DNA of 55,392 nucleotides, taken from the NCBI GenBank assembly GCA_039091855.1, contig JAWCLA010000002.1, forward strand, positions 1 through 55,392. The letters run 5' to 3'. Positions 44,112 through 52,620 of this stretch are shown here, in pieces. Under the pieces are notes generated by a model. The model had not been told where the DNA came from, ran no database searches, and saw nothing but the letters and a program-made list of their open reading frames with translations. The stretch comes from Candidatus Aenigmatarchaeota archaeon (GTDB lineage Archaea; Aenigmatarchaeota; Aenigmatarchaeia; QMZP01). Each line of letters opens with the position of its first letter. The first letter of the stretch is position 1. The translations under genes were made by a program, and so were the position numbers.

Positions 44112-45281
44112 ATGAAGGGTTTGGTTTTAATTGCGGTCTTTTTGCTTTTGGTTTTTGTTTCTGGCTGTACAACAGAAACAGCAGACATCATAGAAGAAAA
44201 CAAGATGACAATTTCAGAAAAACCAAAAGAGCAATCTTTAATCCAAGAAGAAAACGCAAGAGACGAATTCATAGAATTTATAAGCAACACATCAAACCAA
44301 ACTTTTGAGGAGAAAAAAAAGCAGCAAGAGGAGCAGAAATGCCCGCAAACATGTAGCGACAGCAACCCATGCACGAGGGATTTTTGCTCAAAAGACACAA
44401 ATTACGAATGTTCTCACGAAAAAATTATTCCTTGTTGTGGAAACAATGAATGCGAGGAAGAAGAGGATTACAAAAACTGCCCAAATGACTGCCAAAAGCC
44501 ACCCTGTACTCTTAAATGCGATAGATGCGAAATTCTAGACACAGATTCTTGTATATGCCTTCCAAATGGCTGTGTCTCTGGAGATGGATGTTGCCCTGAT
44601 AAATGCAGCCATTCTTCTGACTCAGACTGCCCTAACATGGATAAATGTGAACACGATTCAGAATGTGATGATAATAATCAATGCACATCGGATATTTGTG
44701 CAGGCACACCAAAAGAATGCACACATCTGAACATAATCGAATGCCTGAATAATGACAGCTGCTGCCCAGAAAATTGCACATATTTGGACGATTCGGATTG
44801 TCCAAGACCGTCATTGGTGTTTTCCGAAATATACTACAACTCGCCAGGAAGCGACGAAAAGCACGAATGGATAGAGATTTACAACAACGGAACAATTGCT
44901 GTTGATGTCACAAAACTGCGGCTTGAGGAAAGCGGAACACAACACACAATAAAAAACTCAACAAACTTAACCTATATAAAAGCAGGAGAATATGCTGTAA
45001 TAGCTGAAAATTCGGACCAATTTCTCATTGATTACCCCGAATGCTCCTGCCTGATTTTTGATTCCTCCTTTTCACTAAGTAATACAGGAGAAGAGCTATT
45101 GCTTAGATTAGGAAAAAACGGTGAAATTATCGATTCAGTTTTTTATAATAGCACATGGGGCGGAAATGGAAACGGATTCTCTATTGAAAAAATAAAACTC
45201 AACAACCCAAACACACAGGACAATTGGAAACAGAGTATAAAGGAAAAGGGAACCCCCGGACAGAAAAACAGCGTATCTTAA
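44112..45281 (+). CDS. Cys-rich lipobox protein with C-terminal lamin tail domain (LTD)
   Basis: Signal peptide ending VFVSGC. The middle ~190 aa hold more than 40 Cys, with repeated CCP..C......DSDCP modules. The C-terminus LVFSEIYYNSPGSDEKHEWIEIYNNGTIAVDVTKLRL matches the LTD signature. Confidence 0.75.
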   Translation: MKGLVLIAVFLLLVFVSGCTTETADIIEENKMTISEKPKEQSLIQEENARDEFIEFISNTSNQTFEEKKKQQEEQKCPQTCSDSNPCTRDFCSKDTNYECSHEKIIPCCGNNECEEEEDYKNCPNDCQKPPCTLKCDRCEILDTDSCICLPNGCVSGDGCCPDKCSHSSDSDCPNMDKCEHDSECDDNNQCTSDICAGTPKECTHLNIIECLNNDSCCPENCTYLDDSDCPRPSLVFSEIYYNSPGSDEKHEWIEIYNNGTIAVDVTKLRLEESGTQHTIKNSTNLTYIKAGEYAVIAENSDQFLIDYPECSCLIFDSSFSLSNTGEELLLRLGKNGEIIDSVFYNSTWGGNGNGFSIEKIKLNNPNTQDNWKQSIKEKGTPGQKNSVS

Positions 45282-45811
45282 TCCTCTTCCCTACAATCCT
45301 CGCAAAGCCAGCTGCCTCCGATGTTCTTAAGTGAATCTGAAAACTCGCCACATTCCTCGCATATTCCTGATATTTCGTGTTCAGGGTTGGCTACTGATTC
45401 CACCCTCATCTTCAGCTTCTCTGAAAGAATATCCAAAAGCTCAGGGGAAACAAGAAGTATCTCCTTGTCAGAAACAATACCAAGAAGCTTCCCGTTCTGT
45501 ACAATAGGAACTCTCTTGATGCCATTCTTTATCATCTTCTTTGTTACCTCTGTTATTGTTTCCTCCGGGCTTGCTGTTATGAACCTCTTCTTTACCATAA
45601 GTTCTTCTATCTTAACAAGCTTAGGGTTTTTCCCTTTTGCAATCACACCAACAATGTCATCATCGGTTATTATGCCAACAGGCCTCCTTTTTTTCATAAC
45701 AATAAGCGACCCAACCCTGTTGTTTGTCATTATCCTTGCGGCATCCGAAACGCTGACATTAGGATCAACTGTTATTACCCTTGTTTTCATTATGCTTTTT
45801 ACCTTTATCAT
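45278..45811 (-). CDS. CBS-pair protein with C-terminal zinc ribbon
   Basis: I take the start as the internal Met (MIKVKSIMKTRVITV) at 45811, which avoids overlap with the divergent UbiA gene. Two CBS motifs. The C-terminus reads CEECGEFSD...WLCEDC. Confidence 0.7.
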   Translation of the reverse strand: MIKVKSIMKTRVITVDPNVSVSDAARIMTNNRVGSLIVMKKRRPVGIITDDDIVGVIAKGKNPKLVKIEELMVKKRFITASPEETITEVTKKMIKNGIKRVPIVQNGKLLGIVSDKEILLVSPELLDILSEKLKMRVESVANPEHEISGICEECGEFSDSLKNIGGSWLCEDCREED

Positions 45812-45866
45812 ACAATCACATATTATTTTCACTATTCTTAAAGATTCCAAATATATAAATATTTTT

Positions 45867-46775
45867 ATGGAAAGGCAGTTTTCAGAAATGCTGAAAGGAA
45901 AGGGCAAAATCGCAGCCTATTTAGAGCTTGGCAGGTTCTGGAATGGTATAATAGCAGGCCTTCTTGGTATATTAGCGGCGCTTTTTTCAGGGATTTCAAG
46001 CCCCATAACAGCCATCATAATTTTTTTGGCAATACTCTTTACATATTTTACAGGAGCGACTATAAATGACATAAAAGACAGAGACTGCGACAGCATAAAT
46101 ATGCCATTTCGCCCCCTACAAAAAAGCATAACTATAAAAGAGTCTTATATGTTTATAGCATTTTCTGCGTTAATAGCTTTCTCTTTCTCTCTCTTACTAT
46201 CCATTAATTTCACAATTACTATAGTTCTTATTTTCCTTTCTGGTTTATGTTATTCCCTGAAACCATTTAACTTCAAAAACAGGGGATATATTGGAAATAT
46301 ATGGCTTAGCATATCAACAGTTTTTCTTACTATGTATAGTGGTTGGGTAGGAACGACAAACAATCTTGAAATACAAAGCAACATACTTGCCATTATGATA
46401 TCACTTACAGCAACCTTTGTTTTCGTCAACATACTAAAAGATTTCAAAGACTACATAGGGGATGTTGCTGCAAAAAAGGGAACAGCAGGCGCAAGGCACG
46501 GCCTGATTCCGCTCAGCAGGCTGTCTTTGCTCTCTATACCATTTTTTATTCTTACAACCTTGATTATGAATTTCTATTTCTTTAATTCCTACATCTTTTT
46601 GATAATAGCTTTTTTAGGAATTTTTTATTATTCAAAAATAGTTTTCGGCTTATGTAAAAATCCCTCAATAGAAAATGGAGAAAAGGTATGGTCGGATGCA
46701 AGGTTTTTCATTCTTTACTTTCTTTTGTTTTCAAATTGTTTCTTAATTATTAAAAATCTTATTCCAATTTTTTAA
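45867..46775 (+). CDS. UbiA-family prenyltransferase (DGGGP synthase-like)
   Basis: From MERQFSEML onward the protein is polytopic, with NDIKDRDCD (N/DDxxDxxxD) and KDFKDYIGD boxes. The upstream ~180 codons of the track ORF (45321..) are antisense to the CBS gene. Confidence 0.75.
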   Translation: MERQFSEMLKGKGKIAAYLELGRFWNGIIAGLLGILAALFSGISSPITAIIIFLAILFTYFTGATINDIKDRDCDSINMPFRPLQKSITIKESYMFIAFSALIAFSFSLLLSINFTITIVLIFLSGLCYSLKPFNFKNRGYIGNIWLSISTVFLTMYSGWVGTTNNLEIQSNILAIMISLTATFVFVNILKDFKDYIGDVAAKKGTAGARHGLIPLSRLSLLSIPFFILTTLIMNFYFFNSYIFLIIAFLGIFYYSKIVFGLCKNPSIENGEKVWSDARFFILYFLLFSNCFLIIKNLIPIF

Positions 46776-47758
46776 TCATTTCTGTATTTTTCCCTCTTTT
46801 CTAAATAAGAATCTAGAGAAACTTCTTTGCCAAGCCCCTTCACCATTCTATCATAATCATCATTTGTTGCCCTGTTAGCAAACATCCTGAACTTTTTGTT
46901 CTCTTTAAATTCCTTTCTCAAAAATTCACATAATCTAGAAAAATCCTTACCTTCTATTATAGACTTTGCTGCCAGACAGCCAGATATTATTGCATATCTT
47001 ATACCAAAACCCTTGGAAGCGTCCTGAAACCCACCCGCCTCGCCTATACATATGGTTTTTTTCCTGTTTGAATTAAGACTTGAATAACAAGAAAAAACAT
47101 TCAACCTTTCCGCCCCATCAGTCATTCCTGAAAGAACACGGTTTTCAAGAATTGCACTATTTAGCAATGATTTTGCCCTTTTAAAATATTCCTTTTTGAA
47201 TATCACGGAAAGAACGAAACCTTCTTTACCTGAAGGAAGAACGCAAACATATCCTCCGGGAGCGTACCTGTTGTCATAAAAAATATAAACAGCATTTTCC
47301 ATATTAAGTCCTTTAAAAACATATCCGAAGCCAAAAACATCAGCCCTCTTTGCACCACTGGCTATTACATCAGGGCTTAACTTTCCATTAAAGCCAAGAT
47401 AAACTTCTGTATTTTTGGTAAGCTGTGAAAAAAGCTGGCTTTCAATAGAATCTCTTGCAGAACCCCTTTTAAACAGGTAAAAAACAGGCTTTTCTGAATA
47501 AAGAACTGAGCAAAAATTTGGCGAAAGCCTGTAAACCTTTTTGACACTATTGCTTGGCTTTAAACTAACTCCAAAATCTCTTAACTCCTCAATTGCATCT
47601 TTTTTCAGATCGTAATTCCTGATTGCTGATATATGATAATCGTGCTTACTACCTATTGCCTTTTCCTTTTCATAAACAACATTTCTTATTCCTGCCTTGC
47701 CCAAATTTATAGCACAGGAAAGCCCTGATATGCCGCCTCCCAAAATGGTTACCGTCAT
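46772..47758 (-). CDS. FAD-dependent oxidoreductase, geranylgeranyl reductase-like
   Basis: VTILGGGISGLSCA...VYEKE is a dinucleotide-binding fold. GEAGGFQDASKGFGIRYAIISG resembles the GDAAG..P..G.GI box of the GGR family. At 328 aa it is shorter than typical GGR. Confidence 0.55.
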   Translation of the reverse strand: MTVTILGGGISGLSCAINLGKAGIRNVVYEKEKAIGSKHDYHISAIRNYDLKKDAIEELRDFGVSLKPSNSVKKVYRLSPNFCSVLYSEKPVFYLFKRGSARDSIESQLFSQLTKNTEVYLGFNGKLSPDVIASGAKRADVFGFGYVFKGLNMENAVYIFYDNRYAPGGYVCVLPSGKEGFVLSVIFKKEYFKRAKSLLNSAILENRVLSGMTDGAERLNVFSCYSSLNSNRKKTICIGEAGGFQDASKGFGIRYAIISGCLAAKSIIEGKDFSRLCEFLRKEFKENKKFRMFANRATNDDYDRMVKGLGKEVSLDSYLEKREKYRND

Positions 47759-47759
47759 A

Positions 47760-48380
47760 TTATAATTTTACCCAGTCCTTATATTTGCTGTTTTTTATAA
47801 CATCAATCTGCCTTTGGGTAAGATATTTAAGATCGAGCTGGCTTTCTGCAAATTTCTTGTACTTGTCAAAAAGCAAATCATTCGTTGAATTTATGAAGAG
47901 GCAGGAATTCCCGTTTATTGCAGCGCAGTCAATCTCAACACAGTTTATCAACATCTCATGAACAAGAGTTCCACCTCCCGCGTTTGCCCCCCTTAAAAAA
48001 TGATCAATAGGAACCTTTCCAGGATAAAACTTCAGGGAAAGCGGGTTTTTAATAACAGCGAATTTTGCAAATCCCTGATAAAATTCAAGTGTTTTGTAAT
48101 CCCCGAAACCCATCATACTTACAGTATCCATCGCAAGCCTGTACCTTTCTTCGAATTTTTTCAATCCATAACCTTCTATCATTTTACCCATTATGAAAAA
48201 TCCAGCCACCCAAGATTCAAAGTAAAGGTCATTTATCTCCTTTTTTGAAAGATCATCCCTTGTGAGCTGGTAAATGAAGCTTATTGGAACGAGGCATATA
48301 TCTTCTCCGAGAAGCGAAATTCTACCCTCCTCGAAATTAAGCTTTCTTGAAACCAATAGCTTGCTTATGAACGTATACAT
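47760..48380 (-). CDS. V4R-domain (hydrocarbon-binding-type) protein
   Basis: The C-terminus DHFLRGANAGGGTLVHEMLINCVEIDCAAINGNSCLF resembles the V4R signature (C.f..G...G ... E..C.a.G...C.F). It lies 1 nt from the downstream flavoprotein gene. Confidence 0.5.
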   Translation of the reverse strand: MYTFISKLLVSRKLNFEEGRISLLGEDICLVPISFIYQLTRDDLSKKEINDLYFESWVAGFFIMGKMIEGYGLKKFEERYRLAMDTVSMMGFGDYKTLEFYQGFAKFAVIKNPLSLKFYPGKVPIDHFLRGANAGGGTLVHEMLINCVEIDCAAINGNSCLFINSTNDLLFDKYKKFAESQLDLKYLTQRQIDVIKNSKYKDWVKL

Positions 48381-48384
48381 AAGC

Positions 48385-49074
48385 TCACTTCATAAGAACT
48401 GAGGACTCATCCTTTCTTACAACAATGCCTTTTGAAGTGAATGAAAATGGGAAGAAACCTTTTGGATGCCTTGTTCTCCTCATCTTTCTTACCTGCAACC
48501 TGTTTTCCTCTTCACCACCGACTCCGGTGAAACACAATCTTATAACACCATCTACAACAAACTCCTCAACCCCTGACCTGCTGAGTTGCTGGCTACCATC
48601 AACTATTTCAGATGTTAATAGAACAGTGCATTCAGTTTTCTTTATCGTGCTTATTAAATTGTAAAGATTTTTCCTTGTCTGCGACGGGTTTTCAATTATT
48701 AAACCAACGATCGAAATCGAGTCTATAACAAGCCTTTTAACTCCCATCCTCCTTATCTCGTCCATTATCATAGAACCCATGTTGCTCATCTGAGCAGGGT
48801 CATAATATGAAATCTTGAACATACCCTTCTTTATGAACTTGTTGAAATCCCATCCAAACTGAAGCGCGTCCTCTAGTATGTCATTTGGTTCTTCCTCAAG
48901 GGTTATATAAAGGCAGTTCTCCCCCTTCTGTAAACCGTGCCATAAGAACTGAAGACAGAATATCGTTTTTCCAGTTCCTGTTTCTCCAGATATAAGGTTA
49001 ACAGAATTAGACAAAAAACCGCCCTGAATAAGAGGATCAAGACCCGGAATACCAGATTCTACCCTCGAAATCAT
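48385..49074 (-). CDS. KaiC/RecA-superfamily ATPase (single KaiC-like domain, COG0467 type)
   Basis: SGIPGLDPLIQGGF, Walker A GETGTGKT, LVIDSIS (Walker B), and RLQVRKMRRTRH..FFPFSFTSKGIVV. Confidence 0.75.
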   Translation of the reverse strand: MISRVESGIPGLDPLIQGGFLSNSVNLISGETGTGKTIFCLQFLWHGLQKGENCLYITLEEEPNDILEDALQFGWDFNKFIKKGMFKISYYDPAQMSNMGSMIMDEIRRMGVKRLVIDSISIVGLIIENPSQTRKNLYNLISTIKKTECTVLLTSEIVDGSQQLSRSGVEEFVVDGVIRLCFTGVGGEEENRLQVRKMRRTRHPKGFFPFSFTSKGIVVRKDESSVLMK

Positions 49075-49122
49075 ACTATCACTATTTAATTTAATTTAAA
49101 CACTATCTTTAAATACTAATAT

Positions 49123-50199
49123 ATGAAAACAAATGAAACTGAAAAGATACTCGAACACTTTAAGAAAATTATAGACAGAGAAATAGAGAAAATTCTTCCA
49201 AAAAAACCAGATAAAATCTCAATGGAAAAAATATTTGGTAAGCCAAAATATTCATATGACATTTCTGCAATATTCAAAACATTGAACATACCTGTTTGGG
49301 ATTCAATATCAAGAGGCGGAAAAAGATGGAGGCCAACGCTTTTTTTGCTTATAGCCAATGCAATGGGAGGAGATATAAAAAAGCTCAAGAAATTCGCAAC
49401 AATAACAGAACTTATACATACAGGATCTATAATAGTTGATGACATTGAAGACAACGGTGAACTTAGGAGAGGAAAGCCCTGTCTTCACAAGATTTTTGGC
49501 ACGGATGTAGCGATAAACGCTGGAAACTTTTTGTATTTTTTTCCACTATACATTCTCATAAAAAACAGCAAAGATTTTGATGAAAAAACTTTGCTAAGGG
49601 TTTACGAAATTTATGCTCAGGAAATGATAAATATACATGCAGGGCAGGCGATGGACATATGGTGGCACAAGGGAAATGAAAATCCAACAGAAAGCCAGTA
49701 TATGCAAATGTGCGCCTATAAAACAGGAACTCTCGCAAGAATGGCTGCAAGAATGGCTGTTGCACTTTCAGGAGGAACAAAAGAGCAGGAAGACGTTTTG
49801 GGAGAATTTGCAGAGTCTATAGGTATAGCATTTCAGATACAGGATGACATTCTAGATATTGTTTCCTCAGGAAAGGAAAGGGAAAAATTTGGAAAATCAT
49901 TTGGAAACGATATAAAAGAAGGCAAGAGAACGCTTATGGTCATACATACACTAGAAAAGGCATCAGAAAAAGACAGGGAAAGACTTATTATGATCTTAAA
50001 CTCTCACACAAGTGATATAAATGAGATAGAAGAGGCAATATCAATAATAAAAAAATATGGTTCAGTTGATTATGCCAAAATGAAGGCAAAAGCAATAGTT
50101 ATTAGTGCATGGAAAAGAGCAGAACCGTTACTTAAAGATTCCGAAGCCAAAACTAAACTTAGGAGTTTTGCATACTTTCTTATAGAAAGAAACTTCTGA
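49123..50199 (+). CDS. idsA: Polyprenyl (geranylgeranyl) diphosphate synthase
   Basis: First DDxxD box in IHTGSIIVDDIEDNGELRRGKP. Second in FQIQDDILD. Confidence 0.85.
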   Translation: MKTNETEKILEHFKKIIDREIEKILPKKPDKISMEKIFGKPKYSYDISAIFKTLNIPVWDSISRGGKRWRPTLFLLIANAMGGDIKKLKKFATITELIHTGSIIVDDIEDNGELRRGKPCLHKIFGTDVAINAGNFLYFFPLYILIKNSKDFDEKTLLRVYEIYAQEMINIHAGQAMDIWWHKGNENPTESQYMQMCAYKTGTLARMAARMAVALSGGTKEQEDVLGEFAESIGIAFQIQDDILDIVSSGKEREKFGKSFGNDIKEGKRTLMVIHTLEKASEKDRERLIMILNSHTSDINEIEEAISIIKKYGSVDYAKMKAKAIVISAWKRAEPLLKDSEAKTKLRSFAYFLIERNF

Positions 50200-50243
50200 A
50201 AATTAGCTGCTTAATGTGATTAATCGCTACATATAACCTCTAT

Positions 50244-50403
50244 TGCTTAATGCTGCTTAACCTGCTTAAGCACTGCTTAAGCAGTGCTTAATCGCTATAT
50301 ATAGCCAACATTTAATTCCAAAAAACCTTAACCTGCTTAAGCACTGCTTAATCACCATACGTCGCCACTATAAAAAATAAAAAGCACAAAGAGACATCAA
50401 AAA
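50244..50403 (+). repeat. Direct repeat copy 1 (160 nt), rich in TGCTTAA heptamers, with a 26-bp perfect palindrome and a palindromic TATA-like box
   Basis: Identical to 51048-51209 except for an A-run length (6 versus 8 A). The palindrome TTAAGCACTGCTTAAGCAGTGCTTAA lies at 50266-50291. CTATATATAG lies at 50295-50304. Confidence 0.9.
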
Positions 50404-50435
50404 GTGCTTAAGCGGCATATATAGACGCTGTCTTT

Positions 50436-51014
50436 TTATGAAGCATTCAGTTTAAGTGCATGATAGCCCAAAGCAAGCCTTTTGATTGTATCAGGATCAA
50501 GCCTTATATAAGTCTTTCCACCTCTTGTTGAAGTTTCTATGGGTATATCATATACACGTTTTAAGTCAGAAATATACCCTCTCATACACGATTTTGATAA
50601 ACCGCATAAACTTGAAAGATAACCATAATCAATCCACTCACCTTTCATCTGCGAAAGACACCTTATAACTCTTATATGTCTTTCAGAAAGCAGCTCAACC
50701 TTTCTTTTCATATCCTCTGCTATTTTTCCTATTGAATGAGTTTTTTCAGGGTTTTTTATAGCTTTTTCTATTGCTTCTTGCAAAGGCGATATAATCTGAT
50801 TTACAACCATTTTTGAAACGGCGTCAGCAATTTTTTGGTTATCAAGATTTTTTAGCATCTCTTTTATTTCAGCACATTCATTTCTTATAACTGATTCCAA
50901 ATATTCAATCCTCCTTTGCCTTGAAGCCCTCAGCTTTTCTTCCTTTACAATTACATCAATGTCAGAAGAAATCTCCTCAAGAAGCCTTTCCATCTCTCTT
51001 AGTTCTTTAAGCAT
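50436..51014 (-). CDS. Coiled-coil protein with C-terminal winged-helix-like domain (hypothetical)
   Basis: 192-aa ORF. The N-terminal two thirds are heptad-like and charged. The C-terminus reads RVIRCLSQMKGEWIDYGYLSSLCGLSKSCMRGYISDLKRVYDIPIETSTRGGKTYIRL. It is the only gene between the two 160-nt direct repeats. Confidence 0.6.
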   Translation of the reverse strand: MLKELREMERLLEEISSDIDVIVKEEKLRASRQRRIEYLESVIRNECAEIKEMLKNLDNQKIADAVSKMVVNQIISPLQEAIEKAIKNPEKTHSIGKIAEDMKRKVELLSERHIRVIRCLSQMKGEWIDYGYLSSLCGLSKSCMRGYISDLKRVYDIPIETSTRGGKTYIRLDPDTIKRLALGYHALKLNAS

Positions 51015-51047
51015 AAAATAATTATAGTCATGGACATTTTTATATCC

Positions 51048-51209
51048 TGCTTAATGCTGCTTAACCTGCTTAAGCACTGCTTAAGCAGTGCTTAATCGCT
51101 ATATATAGCCAACATTTAATTCCAAAAAAAACCTTAACCTGCTTAAGCACTGCTTAATCACCATACGTCGCCACTATAAAAAATAAAAAGCACAAAGAGA
51201 CATCAAAAA
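51048..51209 (+). repeat. Direct repeat copy 2 (162 nt)
   Basis: Base-by-base comparison with 50244-50403 shows a single difference, the A-run length (8 versus 6). Confidence 0.9.
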
Positions 51210-51340
51210 TTTCCCAACAATTTGACAAAAAATTTAAACCATATACTTCAATCAACACCACTAATACCTATAGGAATAAATAGCAAATAATTTAAATCAG
51301 CAACATCAAACGTGTTATTAAATCCAATTAAGTGAATCGT

Positions 51341-51508
51341 ATGGGCCTAAAAGCAATAGTTAGGAAATATGTCAGGGTAATGCAAATAGCAAGAAAGCCT
51401 GGAAAGGACGAGTTCGTAAGCTCAAGCAAGATATGCGCATTGGGTATAGCTATAATAGGGTTTGTAGGATTCATCATCTTTCTCGTTTTCATATTGGCAG
51501 GAATATAA
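51341..51508 (+). CDS. secE: Protein translocase subunit SecE (Sec61 gamma)
   Basis: 55-aa ORF missing from the track because it is under 60 aa: MGLKAIVRKYVRVMQIARKPGKDEFVSSSKICALGIAIIGFVGFIIFLVFILAGI. It has the conserved KP..EF motif plus a single TM helix, and the expected position just upstream of spt5. Confidence 0.8.
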   Translation: MGLKAIVRKYVRVMQIARKPGKDEFVSSSKICALGIAIIGFVGFIIFLVFILAGI

Positions 51509-51523
51509 AATGAGAGGTGAACA

Positions 51524-52042
51524 ATGATTTATACAATAAGAACAACTTCAGGAAGGGAGGAAATAGTTATAGATATACTTACAACGAGATTAAAAAGCGA
51601 AGGCTATAACATAAAGGCAATATTTCACCCTGCTGAAATAAAGGGATACATATTTGTCGAAGGCAGCTCTGCAGACATACATAAAGCAGTTCATGGGATG
51701 ATGCATGTAAAGGGAATAATAGACAAACCTGTAAATCTTTCTGAAATCCAGCATTTTCTTGAAATAAAGAAAGACAGGATAAAGGTTGACAAAGGAGACA
51801 TAGTTGAAATAATAGGAGGCCCATTCAAGGGAGAAAGGGGAAAAATAGAAAGGATAGACAAGGTAAAGGAAGAGGTTACGATTGAGCTTCTTGATGCGTC
51901 AATACCAATACCAGTCACGATATCAACAGAATTCGTTAAGATAATCAAAAAAGAGAAAAAGGAGGAAGAGGCAAAAACAGAAGAAAAGGAGCCACAAGAA
52001 AAAAGCGTATTCGAGGAAATAAAAAAGGAGAAAGGAGAGTGA
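51524..52042 (+). CDS. spt5: Transcription elongation factor Spt5 (NusG)
   Basis: NGN domain (IYTIRTTSGREE...KGYIFVE) and KOW motif (KGDIVEIIGGPFKGERGKIERID). Carries a Lys/Glu-rich C-terminal extension. Confidence 0.9.
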   Translation: MIYTIRTTSGREEIVIDILTTRLKSEGYNIKAIFHPAEIKGYIFVEGSSADIHKAVHGMMHVKGIIDKPVNLSEIQHFLEIKKDRIKVDKGDIVEIIGGPFKGERGKIERIDKVKEEVTIELLDASIPIPVTISTEFVKIIKKEKKEEEAKTEEKEPQEKSVFEEIKKEKGE

Positions 52043-52043
52043 T

Positions 52044-52553
52044 ATGGGAAAGGTAACAGTAGAGGCGCTGGTTGACGGAGGAAAGGCAACAGCAGGACCA
52101 CCACTTGGGAACCAACTCGGGCCACTTAAGGTAAATGTTATGCAGATAGTTAAGGAAATAAACGACAAAACAAAGGAGCTGTCTGGAATGAAGGTTCCTG
52201 TAAAAATTGTTGTCAACACAGAAACAAAAAAATACGAAATTACAATAGGAACTCCTCCAATATCTGCACTTATAAAAAGAGAACTTGGCATTGAAAAGGG
52301 TTCCGGAGAGGCAGGAAAAATAAGGGCAGGGGACCTCTCAATGGAGCAGGTAAAAAGGATAGCAAAGGCAAAGTTCGGTTCTGATGAAACGGTATATATC
52401 AACCAAGTCATAGGTTCTGCAAGAAGCATGGGCGTGACTGTAGGTAAGGGAGCAATAACAGACGAGGAACGAAAGGCAGCAGAAGCAGAAAGGCAAAGGC
52501 TTAAGGCAGAGGCAGAGAAAAAGGCAGAGTCAAGGGGGAAGACAGCAAAATAA
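52044..52553 (+). CDS. rpl11: 50S ribosomal protein L11 (uL11)
   Basis: VEALVDGGKATAGPPLGNQLGPLKVNVMQIVKEINDKT. The C-terminus carries an extra charged tail (ERKAAEAERQRLKAEAEKKAE). Confidence 0.9.
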   Translation: MGKVTVEALVDGGKATAGPPLGNQLGPLKVNVMQIVKEINDKTKELSGMKVPVKIVVNTETKKYEITIGTPPISALIKRELGIEKGSGEAGKIRAGDLSMEQVKRIAKAKFGSDETVYINQVIGSARSMGVTVGKGAITDEERKAAEAERQRLKAEAEKKAESRGKTAK

Positions 52554-52620
52554 AAAACATTAATTACTTCTAAGTTGTGAATAATGATAGTTTTAAATAG
52601 TTAACATCAAAATATAGTTC

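Noticed and set aside
45321-45866. N-terminal ~180 codons of the 484-aa plus-strand ORF.
   Set aside because: This part is antisense to a well-formed CBS-pair gene and is low-complexity (Ser/Ile/Phe-rich). The UbiA homology begins only at Met 45867.
51691-52429. Minus-strand ORFs of 144 and 168 aa.
   Set aside because: They are antisense to spt5 and rpl11, and are shadow ORFs of Lys/Glu-rich coding sequence.
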